Assembly (NCBI GenBank): GCA_050613775.1
Contig: JBODTK010000119.1
Location: forward strand, 372,001 to 436,000
DNA: 64,000 bases
Origin: Neocallimastix sp. 'constans'
Taxonomy: Eukaryota
Direction of reading: 5' to 3'
The notes beneath the pieces are model-generated. The model was not told the origin of the DNA. It was given only the letters and a program-made list of their open reading frames with translations, and searched no databases. Below, one piece after another: positions 39,304 through 52,461 of this stretch; position 1 is the stretch's first letter, and every line of letters begins with the position of its first letter. The translations under genes and the position numbers were made by a program.

Positions 39304-41390
39304 TTAATATACGATAAAAATTTTTCAAATAATTTTATTAATTCTAATAACAATAATCTTATTGGCTCAAAAAATCAATACAATGGTAAAAAATTTTCTG
39401 ATACAATAAATTCTGAATTTAATCAAAATTTAGAAAATTTTAATCAAAATACAAATACCAATACAATAACCAATGAAAATTTTTCCAACACCAAAAATTT
39501 TTCTAATCCAAATTATATACAAAATTCTAATAATAAAAAATTTTTAATTAATGAAAATTTTAATTCAAAAAATGATCAAAATTTTATTAATAAAAATTTT
39601 TTATCAGAAGAAGATAAAAATAATAATAATATTAATAATTTTATTAATAATAATTCAAATAATAATAACATAAATATTTATAGAAATAATAAAAGAAAAT
39701 CCAAATTTTCCAATAATAATATTATTAAACACTTCAAACCTAATATTAATAATAATAATATTGATATTTACAATAATAATAATAATCATAATAATATTAT
39801 TTCTTATAATAATAATCCTAATAATTTTAATTACAACAATGATAATTTAATTAATACTATTGAAACTGAAAATGAAGAAGTTCCGAAAACCTATCAAAAA
39901 GCTCTCAATTGTGATCATGCCGATGAATGGGATATTGCTATCCAAGAAGAACTCAAAAATTTATATGATAATAATACAATGACTTTTGTTAAAAAATTAC
40001 CAAGAGGAAAACAACCAATTTCTACAAGATGGGTTTTTGCAATTAAAAAGGATGCAAATAATAAAATTATTAAAAGAAAGGCCAGACTTGTTGCAAGAGG
40101 TTTTGCTCAAAGATACGGTATCGATTATGAACTTACATATAGTCCGACATTAAACGTTGATTGTATAAAATTACTTCTCGCTTTTGCTGCTCAATTTCAA
40201 TGGACTGTTTATCAATTAGATTTTAAATCCGCCTATCTAAACGCTGCCTTAGACAAAGAAATTTACACCGAAATTCCTTACGGCGATGAAAACTACGGTA
40301 AAGGCTATTGGATTCTAAATAAGGCATTGTACGGCCTTAAACAATCAGGCCGCCAGTGGAATAAAACCATTACAAAATTTTTAACCGAAAACAAATTTCA
40401 TCAATCCACCACTGATCCATGTGTTTTCTTTAAAAAGCAGAAGGAAGAACTAACTTGTATTATAGGACTTTATGTTGATGATATGCTAATTATAGGTGAA
40501 AATTTCGAAATTGTTAGAATTGTTTCAAGAATTAAAGATAACTTTAAGGTATCAAAATGTGGATTTGCTGACTTCATATTAGGAATCAAAATAGAAAGAG
40601 AAAATAATGATATTTATATCTCACAAGAAGCATTCATTGATAATCTATTAAATAAATATAGTATAAATAATAAAAAGAAAATAAAATCACCATGTTCAGT
40701 AAATGAAAATAATGAAGATAATGAACCTGTTGACAAAATAAAATCAAAAGTATTATCGGATCCTTAATTTATCTTGCAAGATGCACACGTCCAGACATTG
40801 CATTTGCTGTTAACTTTGCCGCTAGAAAATCAGAAAATCCAACTCAAGCCGATTGGAAAAAAGCTATTAAAATATTAAAATACTTAAATGGAACAAAACA
40901 TTATAAAATAAGATATGACGGTAAAGGTAAAATAAATGCACATACAGATTCAGATTTTGCCGGTGATCCAAATGATAGAAAATCTACTTCAGGACACATT
41001 ATCTTAATGGGTACAAATCCTATTTCATGGTATTCTAAAAAACAAACAACTGTCGCAACGTCTACTGCCGAAGCTGAATATTTAAGTACTACAGAATGTA
41101 TTAAGAAAGTATTACAAATTAAAAATCTACTTTATGAATTATTTGGAGAAACTGAAACTATAGACATATACACGGATAATGAAGCAAGCAAAAGTAGCAT
41201 TGAAGCAGGTCATTTAAATCCAAAGCTTAGACATATTAGTGTTAGCTACCATTTCAACAATGAAAATATATTAAATAAAAATGTTCAACTAAAATATATT
41301 AGTACAAATGATATGCTGGCCGATCCATTAACCAAAAACCTTAATGGAAACAAAATAACTAATTTTACAAATAAAATTTTTATAAAATAA
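39256..41390 (+). CDS. Copia A linker, RT and RNase H (frameshift at ~40740)
   Basis: Resumes in frame after the C TSD. KARLVARGF, LYVDDML, TDSDFAGD, STAEAEY, MLADPLTK. Confidence 0.92.
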
Positions 41391-41411
41391 AAAATTTAAT
41401 TTGAGGGGGAG

Positions 41412-41645
41412 TGTTAACTTTATTAATATAAAGTTATATTCTAGCTTAGGTTTAATAAAATATTAAATTAAATTATATTAAATACATTGTAATTATAAAT
41501 TAAATATAAATTAATATGTATCTAGAACAAGCCACAATTAAATATAAATACATGTAATTTTCTCTGTACTTTAAATCTTTGTTAACCATTTATTTATATT
41601 CTATAAATAATAAATTTATATTAATTAATAAAACAAATTTTAATA
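41412..41645 (+). repeat. Copia A 3' LTR
   Basis: Direct repeat of 23190-23423, followed by TSD ATTAA. Confidence 0.95.
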
Positions 41646-41667
41646 ATTAAAGTTTGAATTTATCTAT

Positions 41668-41730
<63 letters not shown>

Positions 41731-42482
41731 TTTTATTTATATCTCTAAGATGAATTATTAAGTAAATATATATTTTATTTATAATTAAAAAGTGATTTAT
41801 GAAGATGAATGATATATATATATTTTTCTAAGAGAAGAAAGAGAAATAAAAAAAAAAAAAAAAAAAAAAAAAAAGTGATTTTATAATATTATAATACAGT
41901 TAGATATACATATATAATTTAGAGTATATATAAGAATTTTTGTTAAAAAATTATTGTTTTAATTTTTTTTTTTTTATTTCCGGGGTGTACCGCCCTTGGT
42001 TTCAGTCCCCCCCCCTCAAGAGTATAAAGGCAGAATTTTGAATAATTATTGAATTTCATTATAAAATATTTTATTTCAATCAGAGAATATCTATATTGTA
42101 AAAAAAAAAAAAATAATAATAATAATAAAATATTATATTGTAAAATAAAATAAAACTTTTTAAAATTTGCCTTAATGTAATTCAATTATTTTATTAAACA
42201 AACTTAATAAATAAAAAAAGAATTTTTTTGTTAATTTTATATTTTTAATATATATATTAAACATAATGCTTCGAAGTATTATAATTTTTTGGGGAGAGCG
42301 CGTTTCGGAACCGCACGTGAATGATATAAGCCACATGTTTTTTGAGATGGCGTATTATATATAAATTTTTTTATATAAATAAATAATTAAATAATAATTA
42401 AATAAATATTTTATTTTATAATAATTTCATAATTTAATATATATTTGATAATAAAAAATAAAAAAATAAAAATATAAAAAAA

Positions 42483-42514
<32 letters not shown>

Positions 42515-42589
42515 AATAAAAAAAATAAAAAAATAAAAAAAATAAAAAAGATTAAAAAAATAAAATACTAAAAAAATAAAATAAAATAT

Positions 42590-42965
42590 TTTCATTTTTA
42601 TTTATATTTATAACTGTAATTTTTTATTATATAAATAAATAAATAAATAATAATTAAATAAATATTTTATTTTATAATAAAAAAATAAAATAAAAAAAAG
42701 AAAAGATAAATATTTTTTTAGTAATTTTCTTGAAATAAAATATTTTATTAGTAATTTTCTTGAAATAAAATAAAATATTTTCATATTTATTTATATTTAT
42801 AACTGTAATTTTTTATTATATAAATAAATAATAATTAAATAAATATTTTATTTTATAATGAAAAAATAAAATAAAAAAAAAAAAAAGATAAATATTTTTT
42901 TAGTAATTTTCTTGAAATAAAATAAAATATTTTTATATTTATTTATATTTATAACTGTAATTTTT
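42590..42965. repeat. ~180-bp tandem duplication upstream of the transposase
   Basis: Repeated tatttatatttataactgtaatttttt and tagtaattttcttgaaataaaataaaatattt blocks. Confidence 0.7.
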
Positions 42966-43045
42966 AAAAAAATTGAAAATACATATTAAATAAAAAATAA
43001 AAAATAAATATTTCATATTTATTAATATTTATATTAAAAATTTTG

Positions 43046-44494
43046 ATGGAGGGAAATCTAAAAATTGATATAAGTGAAACAAATCGAGGAAAAGAGCAAA
43101 TAATTATAGATCGAAAATTTAAATATAATTTTTCAAAATTAAAAAAAGATAATACAAAAATATATAGATGTACAGAATATAAAACATTAAATAAATGTAA
43201 GTCTTTTATTATTTTAAATGATAATAAAGAGGTTTTAAATTATGATTCTTCACATAATCATCCTGGTAATGAAATTAATGCATCCAAATCATTAATAAAA
43301 CATAAAATTAAAGATGAAATAAAAAAAAGTTTGATTCCTTCTGATATAAAATCAAAACGCATATTTGATAAAATTTCTCAAGAAATAGGATATATATGCC
43401 CTGAATATAAAACAATTAAATCCCAAATAACAAGATATAAAAACAAACAATTATTTCCTAATGTAAAAACATTTGATGAAGTTCCTAATGTATCTGAATA
43501 TTATAAAACAATAAGAGGTGAATACTTTATGATATTCAAAAATTCTAATATAATAATTTTTCAATCACCATTCCAAGCAAAATTATTTATGGAGAATAAA
43601 CATATATTTGCTGATGGTACATTTTTAATAGCTCCAACTAATAGTTATCAAGTATTCATTACCAGAACTTATGTTACAGAATTAAATTGTTTTTACACTA
43701 CTTCCATGTCAATATTAAAAAACAAAGAACAAACAACTTACGAAATATTATTTAATGAAATAAAAAAAAATATAATTAAATATAATGCAAATATTAATTT
43801 CTCAGAAAAAATTTTTCATTGTGATTTTGAAAAAGGAATATCTAATGCAGTGGAAAATATTTTTCCCAATATAAATATTAAATATTGTTTTTGGCATTAT
43901 AAAAGATTATTAATGACAAAAAAAAATAAATTATGTTACAAGGAAGTGAAAGATCATAATATTTTAAATACTTATTATAAAGCGATTTCTAATTTATGTT
44001 TTATTAATATTGAATACATACCTGATATTTTTAATAAAATTAAAAATACATGCATGAGATATAAATCTACCTGTTCCCAATTTTTGAATTTTTTAGATTA
44101 TTTTGAGAAAATATTTCTAAATATCTATAATATAAAATATTGGAATTATTACAATAATATAGACCACATAACAAATAATGCTTCAGAATCTTATAACAGT
44201 TATTTAAAAAATTTATTTGTAAAAAAGCCTTCATTTTATAAATTAATATATACAATACAATTTGAAGAATCCAAATCTTACTATGATTACCATATGAGAA
44301 TTAAAGGAATTTGGAGAAAAAAGAGCAGAATATCAGAAAGGGTCGATGACATTAATATTTTAGTTGAATATTATAAAAATATGGAAGCCGAATTAAAAAA
44401 TATTGGATGTAGTAAAAATGATATCATCGAAAATTGGTTTAATTGTTTAATTAGATTGAATAATGAAATCATTAATTTTAATAAAACAAAATAA
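43046..44494 (+). CDS. MULE transposase with N-terminal FLYWCH/WRKY-like zinc finger, intronless and uninterrupted
   Basis: YRCTEYKTLNKC..HNH; FADGTF (D1), HCDFEKG (D2), CFWH (CxxH), TNNASESYN (E). ATG at 43046 (the ORF track begins at TTG 43043). Confidence 0.93.
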   Translation: MEGNLKIDISETNRGKEQIIIDRKFKYNFSKLKKDNTKIYRCTEYKTLNKCKSFIILNDNKEVLNYDSSHNHPGNEINASKSLIKHKIKDEIKKSLIPSDIKSKRIFDKISQEIGYICPEYKTIKSQITRYKNKQLFPNVKTFDEVPNVSEYYKTIRGEYFMIFKNSNIIIFQSPFQAKLFMENKHIFADGTFLIAPTNSYQVFITRTYVTELNCFYTTSMSILKNKEQTTYEILFNEIKKNIIKYNANINFSEKIFHCDFEKGISNAVENIFPNINIKYCFWHYKRLLMTKKNKLCYKEVKDHNILNTYYKAISNLCFINIEYIPDIFNKIKNTCMRYKSTCSQFLNFLDYFEKIFLNIYNIKYWNYYNNIDHITNNASESYNSYLKNLFVKKPSFYKLIYTIQFEESKSYYDYHMRIKGIWRKKSRISERVDDINILVEYYKNMEAELKNIGCSKNDIIENWFNCLIRLNNEIINFNKTK

Positions 44495-45334
44495 AAATAA
44501 TTATTAAAATCCTTTCAAAATCATAATTACAATTAATTGAAAATTAAATTTTTTTATTTAATAAGAAATTCAATATTTAAATTTATTTAATATTTATTGA
44601 TAGGGTTAGCTTAAAAATATTAAAAAAAAATTTTTTTTATAAATTTATTTTAAATATTTTTTACTTAATTAAATATTATTAAATAAAATTAAAAGATGTC
44701 TTTATTATTATATATTAGTATTATAAAATATTAAAAATATGAATGTATTGCATTTCTCATTATTTTTATTTTATATTGTAGTAAATTAATAAATAAATAA
44801 ATAATTTTTATAAAATAAACCAATTATTAAATTAATATATTTTTTAAAAATATATTTAATGTATATTTCATATTTTTAATAAATATTCAAATATACATTT
44901 TAAATATATATAATGATATTTAAGTATTATAATACTTATAAAAGAAAATAATTAATATTTTAAATTATTTCTATCAGGCTTTCTAAAAAAACTTTACTAT
45001 TTGTAAAAATAGTAATGCTCTTTTTGTTAGTTTATTAGATTTGTATAATATAAATATCTAAAATAATTTATTTATTATTTAATAGAAATTTATGTTTAAA
45101 AATGTTATTGTTATTATTACTATTACTAAAAAAAAGTTTTAATTTAATATTTATAATTAAATTTTCAAATAATCTTTCCTTATCAAGTTAAATATAATGC
45201 TCCTGAGTAAAAAAGATTTTTGTATTATATAAAATTTATTTAAAATATTAGATAAAAAAATATTAAAAAGGAAATAAGAATTTTAAAAAGAATATTTAAA
45301 AATAAAATGAAAAAAATATAGAATGTAATAATAT

Positions 45335-48300
45335 AGAAGTACAAGTATATAAAATAAAATAAAATAAAATAAAATAAAATAAATAGTTGAAATATAAATA
45401 TGAAGTACAGAATGAATAAAATAAAATAATAATTGAAATATAAATATGAAGTACAGAATGAATAAAATAAAATAAATAGTTGAAATATAAATATGAAGTA
45501 CAGAATGAATAAAATAAAATAAAATAAATAGTTGAAATAAAAATATGAAGTACAGATTGAATAAAATAAAATAAAATAAAATAAAATAAAAATAATATAA
45601 ATAGTTGAAATATAAATATGAAGTACAGAATGAATAAAATAAAATAAATAGTTGAAATATAAATATGAAGTACATATTGAATAAAATAAAATAAATAGTT
45701 GAAATATAAATATGAAATACAGATTGAATAAAATAAAATAAAATAAAAAAATTATTTGAATTATAATAAAAATACAAGTATTAATAAAAATAAAATAAAA
45801 TAAAATAAAATAAAATAAAATAAAATAAAATAAAATAAAATAAAATAAAATAAAATAAAATAAAATAAAATAAAATAAAATAAATAGTTGAAATATAAAT
45901 ACGAAGTTCAGATTGAATAAAATAAAATAAAATAAAATAAAATAAAATAAATATTGAATATGAATATAAAGTACAGATTGAATAAAATAAAATAAAATAA
46001 AATAAATAGTTGAAATATAAATATGAAATACAGATTGAATAAAATAAAATAAAATAAAATAAAATAAAATAAAATAAAATAAAATAAAATAAAATAAAAT
46101 AAAATAAAATAAAATAAAATAAAATAAAAAAATTATTTGAATTATAATAAAAATACAAGTATTAATAAAAATAAAATAAAATAAAATAAAATAAAATAAA
46201 ATAAAATAAAATAAAATAAAATAAAATAAAATAAAATAAAATAAAATAAAATAAAATAAAATAAAATAAAATAAAATAAAATAAAATAAAATAAAATAAA
46301 ATAAAATAAAATAAAATAAAATAAAATAAAATAAAATAAAATAAAATAAAATAAAATAAAATAAAATAAAATAAAACAAAATAAAATAAAATAAAATAAA
46401 ATAAATAGTTGAAATATAAATATGAAGTACAGAATGAATAAAATAAAATAAAATAAATAGTTGAAATAAAAATATGAAGTACAGATTGAATAAAATAAAA
46501 TAAAATAAAATAAATACTTGAAATATAAATATGAAGTACAGATTGAATAAAATAAAATAAAATAAAATAAATAGTTGAAATATAAATATGAAATACAGAT
46601 TGAATAAAATAAAATAAAATAAAATAAAATAAAATAAAATAAAATAAAATAAATAAATAGTTGAAATATAAATATGAAGTACAGATTGAATAAAATAAAA
46701 TAAAATAAAATAAAATAAAATAAAATAAAATAAAATAAATAGTTGAAATATAAATATGAAGTACAGATTGAATAAAATAAAATAAAATAAAATAAAATAA
46801 ATAAATAGTTGAAATATAAATATGAAGTACAGATTGAATAAAATAAAATAAAATAAAATAAAATAAAATAAATAAATAGTTGAAATATAAATATGAAGTA
46901 CAGATTGGATAAAATAAAATAAAATAAAATAAAATAAAATAAATAAATAGTTGAAATATAAATATGAAGTACAGATTGAATAAAATAAAATAAAATAAAA
47001 TAAAATAAATAAATAGTTGAAATATAAATATGAAGTACAGATTGGATAAAATAAAATAAAATAAAATAAAATAAAATAAATAAATAGTTGAAATATAAAT
47101 ATGAAGTACAGATTGAATAAAATAAAATAAAATAAAATAAATAAATAGTTGAAATATAAATATGAAGTACAGATTGAATAAAATAAAATAAAATAAAATA
47201 AAATAAAATAAAATAAATAAATAGTTGAAATATAAATATGAAGTACAGATTGAATAAAATAAAATAAAATAAAAAAATTATTTGAATTATAATAAAAATA
47301 CAAGTATTAATAAAAATAAAATAAAATAAAATAAAATAAAATAAAATAAAATAAAATAAAATAAAATAAAATAAAATAAAATAAAATAAAATAAAATAAA
47401 ATAAATAGTTGAAATATAAATACGAAGTTCAGATTGAATAAAATAAAATAAAATAAAATAAAATAAAATAAATATTGAATATGAATATAAAGTACAGATT
47501 GAATAAAATAAAATAAAATAAAATAAATAGTTGAAATATAAATATGAAATACAGATTGAATAAAATAAAATAAAATAAAATAAAATAAAATAAAATAAAA
47601 TAAAATAAAATAAAATAAAATAAAATAAAATAAAATAAAATAAAATAAAAAAATTATTTGAATTATAATAAAAATACAAGTATTAATAAAAATAAAATAA
47701 AATAAAATAAAATAAAATAAAATAAAATAAAATAAAATAAAATAAAATAAAATAAAATAAAATAAAATAAAAAAATTATTTGAATTATAATAAAAATACA
47801 AGTATTAATAAAAATAAAATAAAATAAAATAAAATAAAATAAAATAAAATAAAATAAAATAAAATAAAATAAAATAAAATAAAATAAAATAAAATAAAAT
47901 AAAATAAAATAAAATAAAATAAAACAAAATAAAATAAAATAAAATAAAATAAATAGTTGAAATATAAATATGAAGTACAGAATGAATAAAATAAAATAAA
48001 ATAAATAGTTGAAATAAAAATATGAAGTACAGATTGAATAAAATAAAATAAAATAAAATAAATACTTGAAATATAAATATGAAGTACAGATTGAATAAAA
48101 TAAAATAAAATAAAATAAATAGTTGAAATATAAATATGAAATACAGATTGAATAAAATAAAATAAAATAAAATAAAATAAAATAAAATAAAATAAAATAA
48201 ATAAATAGTTGAAATATAAATATGAAGTACAGATTGAATAAAATAAAATAAAATAAAATAAAATAAAATAAAATAAAATAAATAGTTGAAATATAAATAT

Positions 48301-49510
48301 GAAGTACAGATTGAATAAAATAAAATAAAATAAAATAAAATAAATAAATAGTTGAAATATAAATATGAAGTACAGATTGAATAAAATAAAATAAAATAAA
48401 ATAAAATAAAATAAATAAATAGTTGAAATATAAATATGAAGTACAGATTGGATAAAATAAAATAAAATAAAATAAAATAAAATAAATAAATAGTTGAAAT
48501 ATAAATATGAAGTACAGATTGAATAAAATAAAATAAAATAAAATAAAATAAATAAATAGTTGAAATATAAATATGAAGTACAGATTGGATAAAATAAAAT
48601 AAAATAAAATAAAATAAAATAAATAAATAGTTGAAATATAAATATGAAGTACAGATTGAATAAAATAAAATAAAATAAAATAAATAAATAGTTGAAATAT
48701 AAATATGAAGTACAGATTGAATAAAATAAAATAAAATAAAATAAAATAAAATAAAATAAATAAATAGTTGAAATATAAATATGAAGTACAGATTGAATAA
48801 AATAAAATAAAATAAAATAAAATAAATAAATAGTTGAAATATAAATATGAAGTACAGATTGAATAAAATAAAATAAAATAAAATAAAATAAAATAAATAA
48901 ATAGTTGAAATATAAATATGAAGTACAGATTGAATAAAATAAAATAAAATAAAATAAAATAAATAAATAGTTGAAATATAAATATGAAGTACAGATTGAA
49001 TAAAATAAAATAAAATAAAATAAAATAAAATAAATAAATAGTTGAAATATAAATATGAAGTACAGATTGAATAAAATAAAATAAAATAAAATAAAATAAA
49101 TAAATAGTTGAAATATAAATATGAAGTACAGATTGAATAAAATAAAATAAAATAAAATAAAATAAATAAATAGTTGAAATATAAATATGAAGTACAGATT
49201 GAATAAAATAAAATAAAATAAAATAAAATAAATAAATAGTTGAAATATAAATATGAAGTACAGATTGAATAAAATAAAATAAAATAAAATAAAATAAATA
49301 AATAGTTGAAATATAAATATGAAGTACAGATTGAATAAAATAAAATAAAATAAAATAAAATAAAATAAAATAAAATAAATAAATAGTTGAAATATAAATA
49401 TGAAGTACAGATTGAATAAAATAAAATAAAATAAAATAAAATAAAATAAAATAAAATAAAATAAAAAAATTATTTGAATTATAATAAAAATACAAGTACT
49501 AATAAAATAA
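45335..49510. repeat. Composite satellite: ~35-bp conserved unit separated by variable (AAAAT)n tracts, with a ~1.5-kb higher-order duplication
   Basis: About 48 copies (counted by eye) of ATAGTTGAAATATAAATATGAAGTACAGATTGAAT and 6 of a variant AAAAATTATTTGAATTATAATAAAAATACAAGTATTAAT. Confidence 0.95.
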
Positions 49511-50159
49511 AATAAAAAAAAATAAATATGTGAATTATATTAAATTGCAAGTATCAATCGAAACAAAATAAAATAATATAAAATAAATAAATATGCAGTG
49601 AAATAATAATATATAATATGATAAAATAAAATAAATAAGATATTGATATGAAATTAATATAAAAACTGAATTTAGCAACAAATAAATTATATAATAAAGT
49701 AAATGATATAGCATATTCATATATATTAACATGAATTTTATTATAATTTTTACAGTATTTTAAATTAATGTAAATTATTATATTTCCATATAATAAACAA
49801 ACTTTATAATTAGAAAATAGTATAAAAAAAAATATTATTAAATATTATTATTAAATATTAAATAATTAAATGAATAAATTAATAAATAAATAAAAATTTT
49901 CAGAATATGGCGAATGTAAATCATCATTTTTTTTGAAATATATCACATTTTAAATATTTTTAATAATTATTTTTTCAAAGAAGTTATATGTGCCATTTTA
50001 TTTTAATGTTTAAATATTATATTCATAAATAAAAATTTATAAAAAATAATATAAGCCACATTCCGAAATGAAAATTTATGTAAAAATATTTAAAGCCATA
50101 TTCCGAAACGCACCACCCTCTAATTTTTTATATTTAATATTAATGTTCATCATTTTTAT

Positions 50160-50275
50160 GGGTGTGGGCATTTCGCCAAATTGCATTTCTTCAGGTTGCG
50201 TTTCGCCAATTTTTTGAAAGCATGTGGCGTATTAAAAAAATGTGGCATTTCGCCAAATTGAAAATTATTAAATAA
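50160..50275 (+). mobile_element. Mutator-type TIR fragment, inverted relative to the right end of the 52230-52427 MITE
   Basis: tttcgccaattttttgaaagcatgtggcgtattaaaaaaatgtggcatttcg is the reverse complement of 52365-52415, apart from a 1-nt A-run difference. Confidence 0.75.
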
Positions 50276-52229
50276 ATAAATAAATTAATAAATAAATAAA
50301 ATTAAATATTAAAAACAATTTTAAAAAAAATTATTTTGAATTAATATTTATTTATTTTAATTCTTAACAAAAATAATATAATAAGAAATAATATTTAAAA
50401 TATTATTTAAATGATATTAACTTATTTTTATGAACTATTATATATTCATACTATATTTATATATATTATTATTATTTATTTAAATTATATTTATGTATTC
50501 ATATAAATATAAATATGAAATATTTATATTAAATATTTAATATCATAATATAAAAATCATTTATGATAACGTTTTTAAATATTCATATATCCTTTTCCCA
50601 AAAAAAATTTTTTATGTATTTATTTTAATCAAAATTATACATTTTTACTATTATAAAATTTTTTAAAATCATCATTTATATTAATATAGTTAATTATAAA
50701 ATACATATAATAAATAATATATTTCTTCAAAAAAAAAATAAAATAAAATAAAATAAAAATAAAGATATTGAAAAGGTATAATAAAAACCAAAATATATAA
50801 TTAAATGTTTTAAATAAAAGTATTTTTATTTTTTTTTAAAAAATAAAAAAAAAAAAAAAAAAAAAAAAAGATAATTTACTAAAAACAAAAAAATATTTTA
50901 TTTCATATTATATTATTTTTTTTTTTTTTTTTTTTTATTATTTTTTAATTTTATTATTTTATTATTATTTTATTATAATTTTATTATTATTTTATGGTTT
51001 TATTATTTATTATTGTATTATTGTATTATTTAGTTATTATTATCAAAATAATAAAAATAATTTTATATGGAACATTAAATTAAAAAAAAAAATTAATAAA
51101 AAGAAAGATTATTACCACGTTTTTATGAAATTATTATAATTATTATTTTAAATTAAAGTTTAGTTTTACAAAATAACAAAAATAATTTTTTTGTTAATAG
51201 TAATTTTAAAATATCTTTTAGTTTTTACTTTTTGAAGAAAAAAGTTTGATACATCATTTAGAAATTGCTATTAATATTATAAATTTTAACAATTTTAATT
51301 GAAAATAATAGAAAAGGTAAAAAGATGACTTTGATAATATTATTAATTTTTATTTTATCTAATATAAATGTCTTAATAATATTTATAATATATCATTTAT
51401 AAATATAAAAAATATATAAATTAATTTAAATTTCGAATATTAAAATATATATCTGTATTATTTATTGTAATTTTTGATTATATACATTAAAATGTTATCT
51501 AAATATTATATGCATATTTTTATATTTTTATATTTTCATGAAATATTCTCATGTGAATAAAATTAAATATATATATAATTATAAAAATATATATTTATAT
51601 TAAATAACTGTTTTTTTTTATTTTATTTTATTTTTTTTTTCGAAACGATCATATAAAAATGAACCTAATTATTAATCCATCATAAATATAATTATATATA
51701 TAAATTATTGTTTATTTTCTTTTTCATTTTTCGAATTAAATATATCTTTAGAAATATTTATATAATTGTTAATAATATATATAGATACAAATTATTGAAT
51801 AAAATATTTATAGAAGAAAAATCTATTAACCTTTGTATAAAATAATTATATCAATTTATTTTCATAAAACTCGATATTAAATGAATAAATTAAAATTTAA
51901 ATTAACTAAAAATCATTATATAGGATATTCAAATCATAAAAAGCAACTTGTATTATATACATAAAATGTCAAGTGTATATATAAAATGTAAGAAAATTAA
52001 AATAAATTATAATTATTGTATAATAAAATTTTATTATAATAAATTAAAAATAAAAGTTAAAAATATAAATTAAAATTAAAACAAAGAATAATTGATATCA
52101 ACAATGATTTATAATAAATTATAAATCATTTTTCAAACAAATTTTTTTTATTTTTTTTAGTTTAATACCCTTTTTTCGTGAAAAAAAAAAATTTATACTA
52201 CATTTTATTATTTATTAAATATTTATTTA

Positions 52230-52427
52230 GGGAGAGTTGCATTTCGCCAGGTTGCATTTCGACAAGTGGCGTAGTATTAAAATGTTTCATTTAATATTTA
52301 ATTTTATTTATTGATTTAATAATTTTTAATTCGGCGAAATGCAACTTGGCGAATTGCAATTTGACGAAATGCCACATTTTTTAATACGCCACATGCTTTC
52401 AAAAAATTGGCGAAATGCACCACAACC
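52230..52427. mobile_element. ~200-bp Mutator-type MITE
   Basis: Ends gggagagttgcatttcgcca / tggcgaaatgcaccacaacc. Flanks atttattta / gtttattta (8/9 TSD match). Repeated gcatttcg motifs. Confidence 0.75.
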
Positions 52428-52461
52428 GTTTATTTAATAATGTAAATCCTAAATTAATAAT

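Larger units (their letters stand above)
23190..41645 (+). mobile_element. Ty1/Copia LTR retrotransposon A (outer element of the nest)
   Basis: 234-bp LTRs at 23190-23423 and 41412-41645, identical by eye. 5-bp TSD ATTAA (23185-23189 / 41646-41650). PBS at 23424. PPT ttgagggggag before the 3' LTR. Domain order gag-PR-IN-RT-RH. Confidence 0.97.
42291..50120 (+). mobile_element. Mutator-like (MULE) DNA transposon, 7.8 kb
   Basis: 9-bp TSD TAATTTTTT (42282-42290 / 50121-50129). Short imperfect TIRs ggggagagcgcgtttcggaa / ttccgaaacgcaccaccctc. Encodes a MULE transposase. Confidence 0.88.

Noticed and set aside
41943..42185. 80-aa minus-strand ORF
   Set aside because: Low-complexity AT sequence with a non-ATG start and no recognisable motif.
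45240..49495. Long minus-strand ORFs (687, 610 aa and others) rich in YFILF
   Set aside because: Artefacts of the (ATTTT)n satellite, which lacks stop codons. They overlap in several frames and have no protein-like complexity.
45335..49510. CRISPR array
   Set aside because: The spacers are (AAAAT)n, not unique sequences. No cas genes, and the context is eukaryotic.
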